Shown here: in pieces, positions 37,539-47,499 of the stretch
Numbering within the stretch: position 1 is the stretch's first letter
Layout of the letters: every line of letters begins with the position of its first letter
Assembly: GCA_021811535.1 (NCBI GenBank)
Contig: JAJZOF010000020.1
Span: forward strand, 177,077-241,076
Reading direction: 5' to 3'
DNA from: Candidatus Micrarchaeota archaeon
GTDB lineage: Archaea > Micrarchaeota > Micrarchaeia > Micrarchaeales > CABMGC01
Length of the DNA: 64,000 nucleotides
Notes under the pieces: generated by a model
The model's input: only the letters and a program-made list of their open reading frames with translations
Database searches by the model: none
What the model was told of the DNA's origin: nothing
Translations under genes and position numbers: made by a program

Positions 37539-40197
37539 GCTTAAGCCTCTTTATCTTTGAGAGAACGTCTTTATGAAGCTCACGGAGATGCCTCCTCCTA
37601 TCCTTCATCATTATCACATCCGCTTCCCCGAAAGTGATAAGATTATGCGAAAATGGCGAAGGCGAAGGCGTCTTTATAACAATATATCTTGCCCTTCCAT
37701 CAAGAATATCCTTTACTACCTCTGCGGCCCTATCTACATCCATTACGTCTTCGAGTATCTCCCTGTAAGTCTCCTTAAGCACGGGGAAATTCGGGCTTAT
37801 GCTCTCAGCTGCCTTTAGTAGCGTCTGCGAGTTTACCTGCTGCCTTCCGACACTGATCTTATATCCCTTATAGTTCCTGAGAACCATAAAACTCCTCACG
37901 GCGCAGTGCCTGAACCTGCGCTTCATAAGCTCCGTTCTTCTTATATTGCTTTTGAGAAGCTGCCTTATGTCGCAACCGTTCAGCCTCATAATAAGCTCCC
38001 TTACCGTCTCCTCGCCTATCCTTACATTGCCATCTAGGAAAATTGCAAACCCGTTATCGTTTATGAATATACCCAGCTCTGTGTCGAGGATATCCTCAAG
38101 GAGGAACCCGAATATCCTTGATAGCGCATCGTTTATCCTTCTGCCAAAAAGAAAGTGGAAAACAATCATGGACTTGGTGCCCTTCCTGTCTTTTGTTATC
38201 TCAACAAGGAGCCTCTTGTTTGTAGGTATCACCCCGGCAAACATGTGCTGCTCTATAAAGTATCTTGTTATGGCCAGGCGGGCATAGGTATTCACAGGCA
38301 TATCCGAAAGGGCCTTAAATGACTCCAGCGACGAGATAAACCTATCCGAAGACGTCTTTGCGAAAGTGAACCCCTTGCGCATAACATCCTTCGCTACGAG
38401 CATGCCTACCCTGTCTCTGAACCTGCCTATCTCCATTGCAAGTTCGTAAGTCAATGGCATCTGCTCGGAGAACCACGGCGGTACAGTGGGCACCATCCCA
38501 TAAGCAGTTTCCACATAACATCTCATACCCTGAGCATGCTTGAACAGGTAAGTCCTGCCGCTCAGGACAAAAACGTCACCAGGCTTGAGCCTGGATAAAA
38601 AGTTCTCCTCAATATTGCCTATATTCTTGTTGTTCGAATCATACACGCTTACTGCCACCTCGTCAGGTATGGTCCCAATGTTGAGATAGTATATTATCTT
38701 GGTATATTTGCCTCTTCTCCCGAAAACTCCTGTCTTCTCATCATACCATATCTTTCCATACACCCTTCTGCTCTCAAGGCCAACATGCATGCCCGAAAGA
38801 TACTCGAGAAGCGATATAAAATCCGCCTTTTCCAGTGTCTTATATGGATACGCCCTTCTTATCACTGCAAGCGCTTCTTCCATCTCCCACTTTTTGCTAA
38901 GAGCCATGCCAACGACATGCTGCGCCAAGACATCAAGGCAATTTTTTGGAGTGTTGAATGAGTCCAGGTGATGCTGCAAGGCGGCATTGAGCATTACTGA
39001 GCACTCTACTAGATCATCCCTGTTGACCACTATTATCTCTCCGCGTGCAACATCCTTGAAACCATGGCCACTTCTGCCTATCCTCTGCAGCGCCTTAGAA
39101 ACGCTTTTAGGGGAACCCAACTGTATCACATTCCCTATATATCCTATATCTACCCCAAGCTCCAGGCTGGTAGAGGAGACAACGCATTTCAATGAACCCT
39201 TCTTAAGCAGGTCTTCCACCTCCAGCCTCACGTCCCTGGATAAAGACCCATGATGTGCGGCTACATCATCATTGTCGTACTTAAATCTCCTGGTAAGGTT
39301 ATATACTGTCCTCTCTGTACCGCTTCTCGTATTTGTAAATACCAAGGTGGTCTCGTTCTTCTTTATTATTGAATTTATAATCCTGTATATCTCGCTTTCC
39401 ATTCTTTCCTCCTTTACATTTATTATGTCTTTCACAGGGCTTATTACCTCAAAATCAAGCTTTTTGTCCCATGTGCCATCGACTATTGTGCAGTCGCGCT
39501 CTCTTCCGCTGCTCTCAGAGCCAACAAGGAATCTTGCGGCTTCTTCAAGAGGATGCAGGGTCGCGCCCAGACCTATCCTTATGAAACCATGCCCTATAAG
39601 GTCTTCGAGCCGCTCAAGGGATAGGGAGAGATGCGTGCCTCTTTTGTTGTTTGCAAGTTCATGAAGCTCGTCTATAACCACATACTCCAATTCCGAGAAG
39701 GCCTCTATAAACTTGGAGGAGTTGAGTATGATTGCAAGGCTCTCCGGCGTGGTCACAAGGATATTCGGCGGTTTCCTGAGTTGCTTCTGCCTCTCAGAGG
39801 TAGGGGTATCGCTTGTCCTGGTGCCAACTGTTATCCTGCCGATATCCGGGGAAACCGATTCGTATATCTCCTGAAGAGGCGAATTGAGGTTTTTGTATAC
39901 ATCATTATTCAATGCCCGCAGCGGCGATATATACAGGCAATACACCTTGTTACCAAGCGTCCCCCCCTCCGCCTTATCCATAAGCCTGCTCAATATGGCC
40001 ATAAATGCAGAGAACGTCTTGCCGCTGCCTGTCGGTGCGGTAATCAGCAGGTTCTCCATTTCCTTTATCAGCTTGAACGAATACATCTGTGGCGGAGTAA
40101 GCTCCTTATACCTCGATGCAAACCACTTGCGTATTACCGGATTCAATGCAGCCATGCTTTCATTATAGCTGACGCTGGCTCCAGCTTGTTTTATCAT
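37525..40197 (-). CDS. lhr: Lhr-family ATP-dependent helicase
   Basis: APTGSGKT, TTPES, DELH, HHGSL, QRIGRSGH, GTIP. Confidence 0.93.
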   Translation of the reverse strand: MIKQAGASVSYNESMAALNPVIRKWFASRYKELTPPQMYSFKLIKEMENLLITAPTGSGKTFSAFMAILSRLMDKAEGGTLGNKVYCLYISPLRALNNDVYKNLNSPLQEIYESVSPDIGRITVGTRTSDTPTSERQKQLRKPPNILVTTPESLAIILNSSKFIEAFSELEYVVIDELHELANNKRGTHLSLSLERLEDLIGHGFIRIGLGATLHPLEEAARFLVGSESSGRERDCTIVDGTWDKKLDFEVISPVKDIINVKEERMESEIYRIINSIIKKNETTLVFTNTRSGTERTVYNLTRRFKYDNDDVAAHHGSLSRDVRLEVEDLLKKGSLKCVVSSTSLELGVDIGYIGNVIQLGSPKSVSKALQRIGRSGHGFKDVARGEIIVVNRDDLVECSVMLNAALQHHLDSFNTPKNCLDVLAQHVVGMALSKKWEMEEALAVIRRAYPYKTLEKADFISLLEYLSGMHVGLESRRVYGKIWYDEKTGVFGRRGKYTKIIYYLNIGTIPDEVAVSVYDSNNKNIGNIEENFLSRLKPGDVFVLSGRTYLFKHAQGMRCYVETAYGMVPTVPPWFSEQMPLTYELAMEIGRFRDRVGMLVAKDVMRKGFTFAKTSSDRFISSLESFKALSDMPVNTYARLAITRYFIEQHMFAGVIPTNKRLLVEITKDRKGTKSMIVFHFLFGRRINDALSRIFGFLLEDILDTELGIFINDNGFAIFLDGNVRIGEETVRELIMRLNGCDIRQLLKSNIRRTELMKRRFRHCAVRSFMVLRNYKGYKISVGRQQVNSQTLLKAAESISPNFPVLKETYREILEDVMDVDRAAEVVKDILDGRARYIVIKTPSPSPFSHNLITFGEADVIMMKDRRRHLRELHKDVLSKIKRLKHAPL

Positions 40198-40338
40198 AAA
40201 TACCATATAAGGATTCAAAATAAATAACCTTTACCATGCCAAGCCCTCCCATCCTTCTGCAGCATATCTGGCAAACCAAAGGTTAAACATAGTTATTTTA
40301 AAGATTTGCAATAAATTAATTCTAATTCGTTGGTATAA

Positions 40339-40611
40339 ATGGCAAAACCGCAGAAAAACAAGGACAAAAAATCAAAACTGCTTGAAGCATTTACCAGGTC
40401 AGAGCAGATCGCAGAGCTTTATGCTAAGGGCGTAACAGAGAGCGAGGCGCTTCTCAACAGCCCGCAGGATAGACCTATGGACGATGCGCATATAAACGAC
40501 CTTCTCGACCAGGAAAGGAGCAAAGCGTTTGAGGGCAGGCAGAAAATCACTTCATCGAGCCCAGCTCGCGCAAAGCCGACAAGAAAAACTGCAAAAGGAA
40601 AGAAGCGCTAA
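40339..40611 (+). CDS. Small basic hypothetical protein
   Basis: 90-aa ORF with TTTTAAAA box and GGT upstream. Confidence 0.6.
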   Translation: MAKPQKNKDKKSKLLEAFTRSEQIAELYAKGVTESEALLNSPQDRPMDDAHINDLLDQERSKAFEGRQKITSSSPARAKPTRKTAKGKKR

Positions 40612-41786
40612 GCTCCTCCCTTGCCTATAGAAAGCCTGACCCCGTTCTGGTTTCTCGTTATGGTTATATCCAGATTGTCTCCGCCAAGTATATGCCTGAG
40701 TTCTTCATATGTGTAAGAGCCGATGTCTATCTTATTCTTAAGGACCTCTGCCCTGCGCTCTATAAGAGACGCTTTCTTTATCTCACTGTATTTTAACCTA
40801 AGTGTAGGCTTCTCAGCTCCGTATATATCTTCGATGCCGAGTTCTATCGGCTTATAACCCTCGCTCTGGTATATGAACGGTTCAACCGCATCAAACTCTG
40901 CGGAAACCTCCTTTGCTATATTGCTAGGCGCATTGCCTGCCCCGGCGATCACGAAGTCATCGGCGTTTAGGAACCCCACAAAAACCCTGCTATCCTTTTC
41001 CACCGTAACCTTGTCTTGCAGTAATTGCGATACCAGCCTGAGTATCGTTATGCCTGATTCATTTCCGAATCTGCTTGCGAATGCAGCCAACCCGTCCACC
41101 CTAAGCCTGCCTATCTCGTAATCACTCTTCTGTTCAAGGACCTTCTCAATCGCATCAGAGATCTTATCCTCATTGGGCAGATCTATCAAAGGGTCGAATT
41201 TTTTGCCCTTTTTCTTCAGGAAGATCCTAACAAGGCTTCTCAGCTCCGCAGGCTCAAAGGGCTTCTTAATGTAATAATCTGCCCCGTTCTTTATCCCCTT
41301 AAACCTGTTTGAAGTGGCATCCATTGCACTTACTATTATAACAGTAATATCCTTCAGGTTTGGATTTGTCTTTATACTATTGCATATCTCAAGCCCGTCT
41401 GCGCCAGGAAGCATAAGATCCAAAACAACCAAGTCTGGCTTCTCACTCCTTATCCTCTGCAATGCCTCTTTTCCATCATAAATCTGGGATATATCGAATT
41501 CCTTTCCTATAGTGATTGCCATGAGCCTGCTTATGTTTCTGTCATCCTCCACTATCATTATTCTCCTGAGAAGAGAGTCGCTCTGCAGCAGATAATATGT
41601 AGGTATCCCGCCGCTGTTCCTTGACGCTATAGCGCTGGATGCCTCCAGCTCGCGAAGCCCTTTCTCGAGGTCGGCATGCTCAATCTTCCTTGCGACAGCA
41701 AAATCCCTAAGCTCTGCAAGGGTAACCTGCTGCCTGTCGTTTATCATCGAGATTATTTCAGACTTTATTTCCTCTAAATCATTCAT
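40608..41786 (-). CDS. Response regulator: N-terminal wHTH-like domain, REC, degenerate GGDEF-like domain
   Basis: IVEDD, LDLMLP, KPF; then DPLIDLPN...RFG...G...VGFLNADDF. Confidence 0.85.
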   Translation of the reverse strand: MNDLEEIKSEIISMINDRQQVTLAELRDFAVARKIEHADLEKGLRELEASSAIASRNSGGIPTYYLLQSDSLLRRIMIVEDDRNISRLMAITIGKEFDISQIYDGKEALQRIRSEKPDLVVLDLMLPGADGLEICNSIKTNPNLKDITVIIVSAMDATSNRFKGIKNGADYYIKKPFEPAELRSLVRIFLKKKGKKFDPLIDLPNEDKISDAIEKVLEQKSDYEIGRLRVDGLAAFASRFGNESGITILRLVSQLLQDKVTVEKDSRVFVGFLNADDFVIAGAGNAPSNIAKEVSAEFDAVEPFIYQSEGYKPIELGIEDIYGAEKPTLRLKYSEIKKASLIERRAEVLKNKIDIGSYTYEELRHILGGDNLDITITRNQNGVRLSIGKGGA

Positions 41787-41828
41787 ACCGATCGCCTAAT
41801 TCTATAAAGTCTAAAAGGATTATTATAC

Positions 41829-44024
41829 TTAACCATTCTTGCCCTTCTTCTTTTCTTTTTCGCTTATCGGTATGGTGAACCAGAAGTCGCTTCCCACTCC
41901 TACTTCTGACCTGACGTGCATCTTCCCTCCATGCAGGTTTACTATCTCCTTCACTATTGTCAGTCCAAGCCCCGTGCCGGATCCTTCCTGCTTCGTAAGG
42001 CCGCGCCTCTGAAGCTGATAAAACTTCTTGAATATCTTTCCTATGTCATCCTTGTTTATACCTATGCCTGTATCCTTAACATCCACCCTGACGCTCCTGC
42101 CAACCTTTGTTATATACACCTCTACAGAGCCTTTCTCAGTAAACTTTATTGCATTGGTTATCAGATTTACGAAAACCTGTATCAATCTATTTGGATCAGC
42201 ACTCACACGCGGCACATTATAATCTACATGCCATCCGAAGCCCACTCCCTTCCTTGAACAGAGCTCGCTCAGGGAGCGTATGCTCGGATGCTGTCCAAGC
42301 TCCTCAAGGTTTACCTGCTGGTAATCCAACCTTATCTTGTTAGCTGAGAACTTGGCCACGTCAAGCACCTGCATTATAAGGTCCATCAGCCTGTTCAGGT
42401 CGCCCATCATGGTGTTCAATATGTCATTCTGCTCGTCTGTCAGCTTGCCAAACTCGCCATCTACCATAAGCTTCATGAAGCCGTATACTGCAGTTATCGG
42501 GGTCTTCAGGTCATGGGATATATTATATATAAACTGGGTCTGTAGCTCAAGCTCTGACTTATAATTCTTCAGTTCCTTGTTGCTCTTGTCAAATGCATCT
42601 TCGAGCTGCTGCATCTGTCTCTTCGTCCTAAGCTCCTTGTTTATTATGTAGTATCCGCAAACCTCCCCATCCGCATCCCTCTCAGGCGTTATTGACTGGT
42701 AACATGGTATAAGCTCGTCTGTCCCCTTTGCCACCATATTGACCAGTACGTCAGTAATCGGGCTCCTGTTGGCTTTGGCTATAGACAAAGAATTGCTTAT
42801 CTTGTTCTGACTCTCTATATCTGCACATATTACCGAGAAAGGCTTCCCAATTATCTCCTGATTCCTATATCCAAAGAGTGCTTCGGATCCCTTATTGAAA
42901 AAATTTATGTAGCCGTTGGTGTCTATCCTGAAGATGGCATCGCTTGAGAGGTGCGTCAGGGTGTCAAGCCCAGCTTTGATAGAGTTCAGATAACCTGAGG
43001 AGTCCCGCCTGAGCACTATATGATACCTGTCCTCAAACCTGTAGAAAATACACTGAAATCTCTTTGTTACCTGGTTCCCAAAATCCAATTCCAGCGCGAC
43101 TTCCCCCTTCCCGGCTGTAAGTTTCTCTAAGAAATCTTCCCTTCCGCTTACTATATTCTCGGTGAACGCTTTTCCCAAAAACAAACCCGCCTCATCGCCA
43201 TAACCGCCACACCAGGTCACCTTAAGTGACTTATCAAGTATCAAATAATGCTGCTCTGGGAGGCTCTCGAGGAAATCAAGCCTTTCTTTGAGCTCTGCTG
43301 TCTCGGTAAAGTCATCAACTACGCAAAGGTTTGCGTTATTATTTATCTGGGTAAGAAGGAGCCTTAACCTGTGGCTCCTGTACTGAACATCTATCATACT
43401 CCCAAAGGGCATCTCCCCATGTATCCCGAACTCAGCGCGAAGATTGATCTTTGATGCTTCAGCAGGTGACATCCCAAAGATATTCAGAAACGACTTATTT
43501 GCCTTGAGTACCTTTCCGTCAGAATTGAAAACTGCCTGAGGCACGAAGCTATCGAACGCAGCGTCGAAATATCGCGCCGCGGCAAAACTCTTATCCTTCT
43601 CCGCCCTAAATGCAACCATATACTCCATAAGCTCCTTAAGATAGCCTATCCATACCATCTGCCTGTCTTCGAATACGTATTCCTTTTTAGAAAGTAGGGT
43701 GACAGTGCCAATTGGTTTTGAATCGAGTATAACAGGCAATATCAGGCAGCTCTTAAATCCGCTTCTGAAGTAGTTTATCAGCTCTGGAAAAGAAGAGTAG
43801 TCGCTAAGCCTGTTATCCACATAATACCTCATAGTATTGTAAACCATATCCTCAGATGCTGTTCTGGTCCTTTCATTGTAAGGCTTAGGAATGACTTCCT
43901 CGAAATGGAGTTCGGTTTTTATCAGCTCGGCAAACCCATCGAGCAATTTTACCGGAGAGCCCTGTTTCTCGCTTAATTCCTTAACTTTTAGGATAAGATT
44001 GCCGTAATCCGGAACGTAGTCCAT
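41829..44024 (-). CDS. Cytoplasmic sensor histidine kinase (GAF-PAS-HisKA-HATPase)
   Basis: SHDLKTP, NLITNAIKF, DTGIG, GTGLGL; PAS and GAF-like segments; no TM helix. Confidence 0.93.
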   Translation of the reverse strand: MDYVPDYGNLILKVKELSEKQGSPVKLLDGFAELIKTELHFEEVIPKPYNERTRTASEDMVYNTMRYYVDNRLSDYSSFPELINYFRSGFKSCLILPVILDSKPIGTVTLLSKKEYVFEDRQMVWIGYLKELMEYMVAFRAEKDKSFAAARYFDAAFDSFVPQAVFNSDGKVLKANKSFLNIFGMSPAEASKINLRAEFGIHGEMPFGSMIDVQYRSHRLRLLLTQINNNANLCVVDDFTETAELKERLDFLESLPEQHYLILDKSLKVTWCGGYGDEAGLFLGKAFTENIVSGREDFLEKLTAGKGEVALELDFGNQVTKRFQCIFYRFEDRYHIVLRRDSSGYLNSIKAGLDTLTHLSSDAIFRIDTNGYINFFNKGSEALFGYRNQEIIGKPFSVICADIESQNKISNSLSIAKANRSPITDVLVNMVAKGTDELIPCYQSITPERDADGEVCGYYIINKELRTKRQMQQLEDAFDKSNKELKNYKSELELQTQFIYNISHDLKTPITAVYGFMKLMVDGEFGKLTDEQNDILNTMMGDLNRLMDLIMQVLDVAKFSANKIRLDYQQVNLEELGQHPSIRSLSELCSRKGVGFGWHVDYNVPRVSADPNRLIQVFVNLITNAIKFTEKGSVEVYITKVGRSVRVDVKDTGIGINKDDIGKIFKKFYQLQRRGLTKQEGSGTGLGLTIVKEIVNLHGGKMHVRSEVGVGSDFWFTIPISEKEKKKGKNG

Positions 44025-44074
44025 GAATAAGAATTGCTTAGAAACTTTATAAAAGTTAACAAAAAAGCAAATAT

Positions 44075-44752
44075 ATGGAAAACGAGAAAAGGACAGCGCC
44101 CGCAATAAAATACATAGGCGGCTATCTCGCCACAAAAAAGCTAAAGGGGTCGTCAGGGGATCGGAAGGAGGAAGTCATCGAGAATGGCGTCGTGTACCGC
44201 CTATGGAACCCATATAACAGCAAGCTTTCTGCGGCAATAATATCCGGACTTAAAAATATGCACATAAGGGAAGGAAGCAAAGTCCTCTATCTCGGTGCAG
44301 CTAATGGAACAACCTGCAGCCATATAAGCGATATAATAGGGCCTGAGGGTGTAATATACTGCGTTGAGATATCCGAAAGGAGCATGAGGGACTTGTTGCA
44401 GGTGTGTGAGACCAGGCCTAATATGATACCAATACTATCAGATGCCAGAAACACAGATTCATACGCCGCAGAGCTAAGCGGGATAGACATAATATATCAA
44501 GATGTCTCGGCAAGGGACCAGGCAGAGATACTCCTTGCCAATAAAGAGTTCCTTAAACCAGGCGGATATGCTTATGTGGCAATAAAATCACAGAGCATAG
44601 ACGTCTCAAAAGACCCAAGAGACATATACAAGGAATTCATTAGCAAGGTCTCAAAGGAGATGGAGCTGATCGAGACAATAGACATTAACAGATACGACAA
44701 GATGCACCTATTTGTTATTTTTAGAAAACCTATAAAAAGCCCAAATAAGTAA
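44075..44752 (+). CDS. flpA: Fibrillarin-like rRNA/tRNA 2'-O-methyltransferase
   Basis: YRLWNPYNSKL, VLYLGAANGTT.SH.SD, IKSQSID. Confidence 0.95.
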   Translation: MENEKRTAPAIKYIGGYLATKKLKGSSGDRKEEVIENGVVYRLWNPYNSKLSAAIISGLKNMHIREGSKVLYLGAANGTTCSHISDIIGPEGVIYCVEISERSMRDLLQVCETRPNMIPILSDARNTDSYAAELSGIDIIYQDVSARDQAEILLANKEFLKPGGYAYVAIKSQSIDVSKDPRDIYKEFISKVSKEMELIETIDINRYDKMHLFVIFRKPIKSPNK

Positions 44753-44760
44753 TTTATTTC

Positions 44761-45600
44761 ATGAAGCCCAAGCGGATCAGCACCATAATAGTTAATGAAG
44801 CAATAGCCACTGACATTAACTCATTCAGCCAGATAGAATGCCCGTGCTGCGGCATGGAAATACTGTCTGCAGATGGGCACTCTGGATTCTGCCAGTTCTG
44901 CGAATACTACACAAACACCAACTATATACAGAACGTGCCAGACACCGTACAGAAAGGTGACTTCACCGCAGCCTTAAAGAAAGCCGACTTGCCAGCAGCA
45001 TCCAGGATTCTGGAAAAAATGGTCGTGGCAAACAAACCAGAAATATTCTACCTCGCAGGCAACTTTTACGCTTACTTCTCAGACTCAATATACATGGATG
45101 TGAATTACGCATCAGAAGGATTCATGGAGAAAAATTCCGAGCACAGGACCAACAGCGAGTTTGAATTCAACTCCATGCACCTTACCTCCAAATCACGCGA
45201 GTACTTCTACAAACTGCTCAAGATTACAAACGCAGAGAAAGAGGACCAATCCATAGTATTCCTGAGGTTCATGTCCTACATGAAGCTCAAAAAACATGCC
45301 GAGGCAGAATGGGAGCTAAACAGTCTAAGAACTTTGTCAAAGGATGCGATGCTGGTGCAATATGCCTCTGCCGTATTTTACGCGCGAACAGAGAAGGAGC
45401 CAGACGCCTCGCATATAATCCCTCTCCTGCAAAACAAAACAACAAACGCATACTACTATCTTGCCAAGATGCTTATTAACCAAAAGCAATTCTCATACGC
45501 AGAGGAGCTACTAAAAAAGATAAACAAATCAACAATAATGCCAAGCGCAATATACGAATCGTTTGTATTGAAAGGCCTGCGCGCGGCGTCAGGGCTCTGA
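44761..45600 (+). CDS. Hypothetical protein: zinc ribbon plus helical (TPR-like) repeats
   Basis: CPCCG...CQFCE, then Tyr/Ala-rich helical repeats. Confidence 0.65.
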   Translation: MKPKRISTIIVNEAIATDINSFSQIECPCCGMEILSADGHSGFCQFCEYYTNTNYIQNVPDTVQKGDFTAALKKADLPAASRILEKMVVANKPEIFYLAGNFYAYFSDSIYMDVNYASEGFMEKNSEHRTNSEFEFNSMHLTSKSREYFYKLLKITNAEKEDQSIVFLRFMSYMKLKKHAEAEWELNSLRTLSKDAMLVQYASAVFYARTEKEPDASHIIPLLQNKTTNAYYYLAKMLINQKQFSYAEELLKKINKSTIMPSAIYESFVLKGLRAASGL

Positions 45601-45697
45601 TTATCCGTGCCGCACGGGCATTACAAGCACATATTTAAAAAGAAGAAGCACTAATGGATTAATACTAGGCTCAGTTCCAATCCTAATAAATGGTTGA

Positions 45698-47485
45698 ATG
45701 GTTAATTCCTACGAAAGGGATTATGCATTTCTGTCTAATGGCTTTACCTCAATCATAGAGCTGAATGGCTCTGTGGAATGGTTCCCATGCCCGAGGTTCG
45801 ATTCGCCCTCCATATTCTCAAGCCTGCTTGATGATTCAAAGGGCGGGCATTTCTCCATAAGGCCCGAGAACGCCGAATATTCAATAAAATCCAATTATCT
45901 GGATAACAGCCTTGTTCTCCAAAACGAATTTTCCACCGAGAAAGGAAAAATAAACATTACAGATTTTATGCCTCTGGGGGTAATAGGAATATCCCGCATA
46001 TACGAATCTTCGATTCCATTCATAGCGGAGATAAAGCCAGCATTCGAATACGGCCTCATAGCCCCATCAATAGAGGAGGTTGAAGGCGGTATGGTCTTCA
46101 AGAATACCAAGTCAAAGGAGGGCTTCGAGATAAGCATAAAGGGAGATTACGAGATACTTGACGAAGGAGTCGTACGCATAAAGCCAGGAAAGGGCTATCT
46201 CTTTGGCCTTTACTCAAGAGACATGAAGTATGGCCTTTTCGGCACCGGAAGCTCTGTGTACAACGATCCTTATGAATCCCTTGCATTCTCACTAAGGTAT
46301 TGGAGCGAGCAGATACCGAAAAGCAAGAGGATAGAAGAACTGCAGGAAACAAAGTTGAAGGCTGTGTATTACAGGTCCTTGTCGGTAATCCTGGGTCTCA
46401 TATACCTGCCATCAGGCGCTGCGGTGGCAGCAGCTACTGCATCATTCCCTGAAATATTCGGAAAGTCACGGAACTGGGATTACAGGTACACCTGGGTCAG
46501 AGACGCATCATTTGCTGCGGAGGCCCTTACAAAAGCAGGCAACCTCTCCAAGGCAAAGCGCATAATAAGCTTCCTGATAAGCGTCATAGATCCCGGGTCG
46601 TCCAAGAGTTTTGACCATCCACTGTATTCCATAGACGGAACGTATCCACAGGCAGAGGAAGTTCTTAATTGGCTTAAGGGGCACAAGAAATCGAAACCAG
46701 TAAGGATAGGCAACGAAGCGTATACACAGGTGCAGAAGGACATAGAGGGCGAATTTGCCAGCGCCTTTTACACATACATACAGAACTCCGGAGATATAAC
46801 TTATCTCAACGAGAACTGGTGGGCAATAGAGTCAATAGCTAAATATACAAAAAATTCCTGGAAATCAAAGTCGGTAAGCCTTTGGGAAGAGAGGGCGCAC
46901 GGAGAGAGCTATGTACACACCAAGGTAATGGAATGGACGGCGCTCGACAGGGCTTACAAGCTTGCCCTTATAGCAGGGGAAACGGATTCCGCAGAAGATT
47001 GGAAAGCAGCAAGCAAAGAGATAAGGGATGAAGTACTTACACAAGGAATATCAGAAAAACAAAAATGTTTCGTAAACTATTACGGATCAGAAGAGGTTGA
47101 CGCGGCGCTCCTGACACTGCCAATCTACGATTTTGTAAAAGCTGACGACCCGATATTCCTGGCGACCTTGAAGAAGATAGAAAAGGATCTCTCAATAGGC
47201 GATGGAATGTATATACGTTACCGGAACGACTTCATAGGGGAAGTGGCACATCCGTTCACGCTCATAAACACATGGATGTCAAGAGTATACACTAGGCTTG
47301 GGGAAAACCACAAGGCTATAGAAGTCCTATCACGCCTTGCAGAGCACTCAATGAGCCTTAACCTATTTTCCGAGCACGTTGAGCAATCGACTAGAGAGCC
47401 AAGGGGAAACTTCCCGCAACTTTTCCCCCACGCCGGATTCGTAGATGCACTTACCGAATATAAGGAGAAGTTCCACAGCCCATAG
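45698..47485 (+). CDS. Glycoside hydrolase family 15 (trehalase/glucoamylase-like)
   Basis: PRFDSPS, NWDYRYTWVRD, LWEER, GNFPQ. Confidence 0.93.
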   Translation: MVNSYERDYAFLSNGFTSIIELNGSVEWFPCPRFDSPSIFSSLLDDSKGGHFSIRPENAEYSIKSNYLDNSLVLQNEFSTEKGKINITDFMPLGVIGISRIYESSIPFIAEIKPAFEYGLIAPSIEEVEGGMVFKNTKSKEGFEISIKGDYEILDEGVVRIKPGKGYLFGLYSRDMKYGLFGTGSSVYNDPYESLAFSLRYWSEQIPKSKRIEELQETKLKAVYYRSLSVILGLIYLPSGAAVAAATASFPEIFGKSRNWDYRYTWVRDASFAAEALTKAGNLSKAKRIISFLISVIDPGSSKSFDHPLYSIDGTYPQAEEVLNWLKGHKKSKPVRIGNEAYTQVQKDIEGEFASAFYTYIQNSGDITYLNENWWAIESIAKYTKNSWKSKSVSLWEERAHGESYVHTKVMEWTALDRAYKLALIAGETDSAEDWKAASKEIRDEVLTQGISEKQKCFVNYYGSEEVDAALLTLPIYDFVKADDPIFLATLKKIEKDLSIGDGMYIRYRNDFIGEVAHPFTLINTWMSRVYTRLGENHKAIEVLSRLAEHSMSLNLFSEHVEQSTREPRGNFPQLFPHAGFVDALTEYKEKFHSP

Positions 47486-47499
47486 GCAAGTAGATCAGC

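Noticed and set aside
45605-45617. Palindrome CCGTGC-C-GCACGG before GH15
   Set aside because: Single short instance; it cannot be distinguished from chance or a minor terminator.
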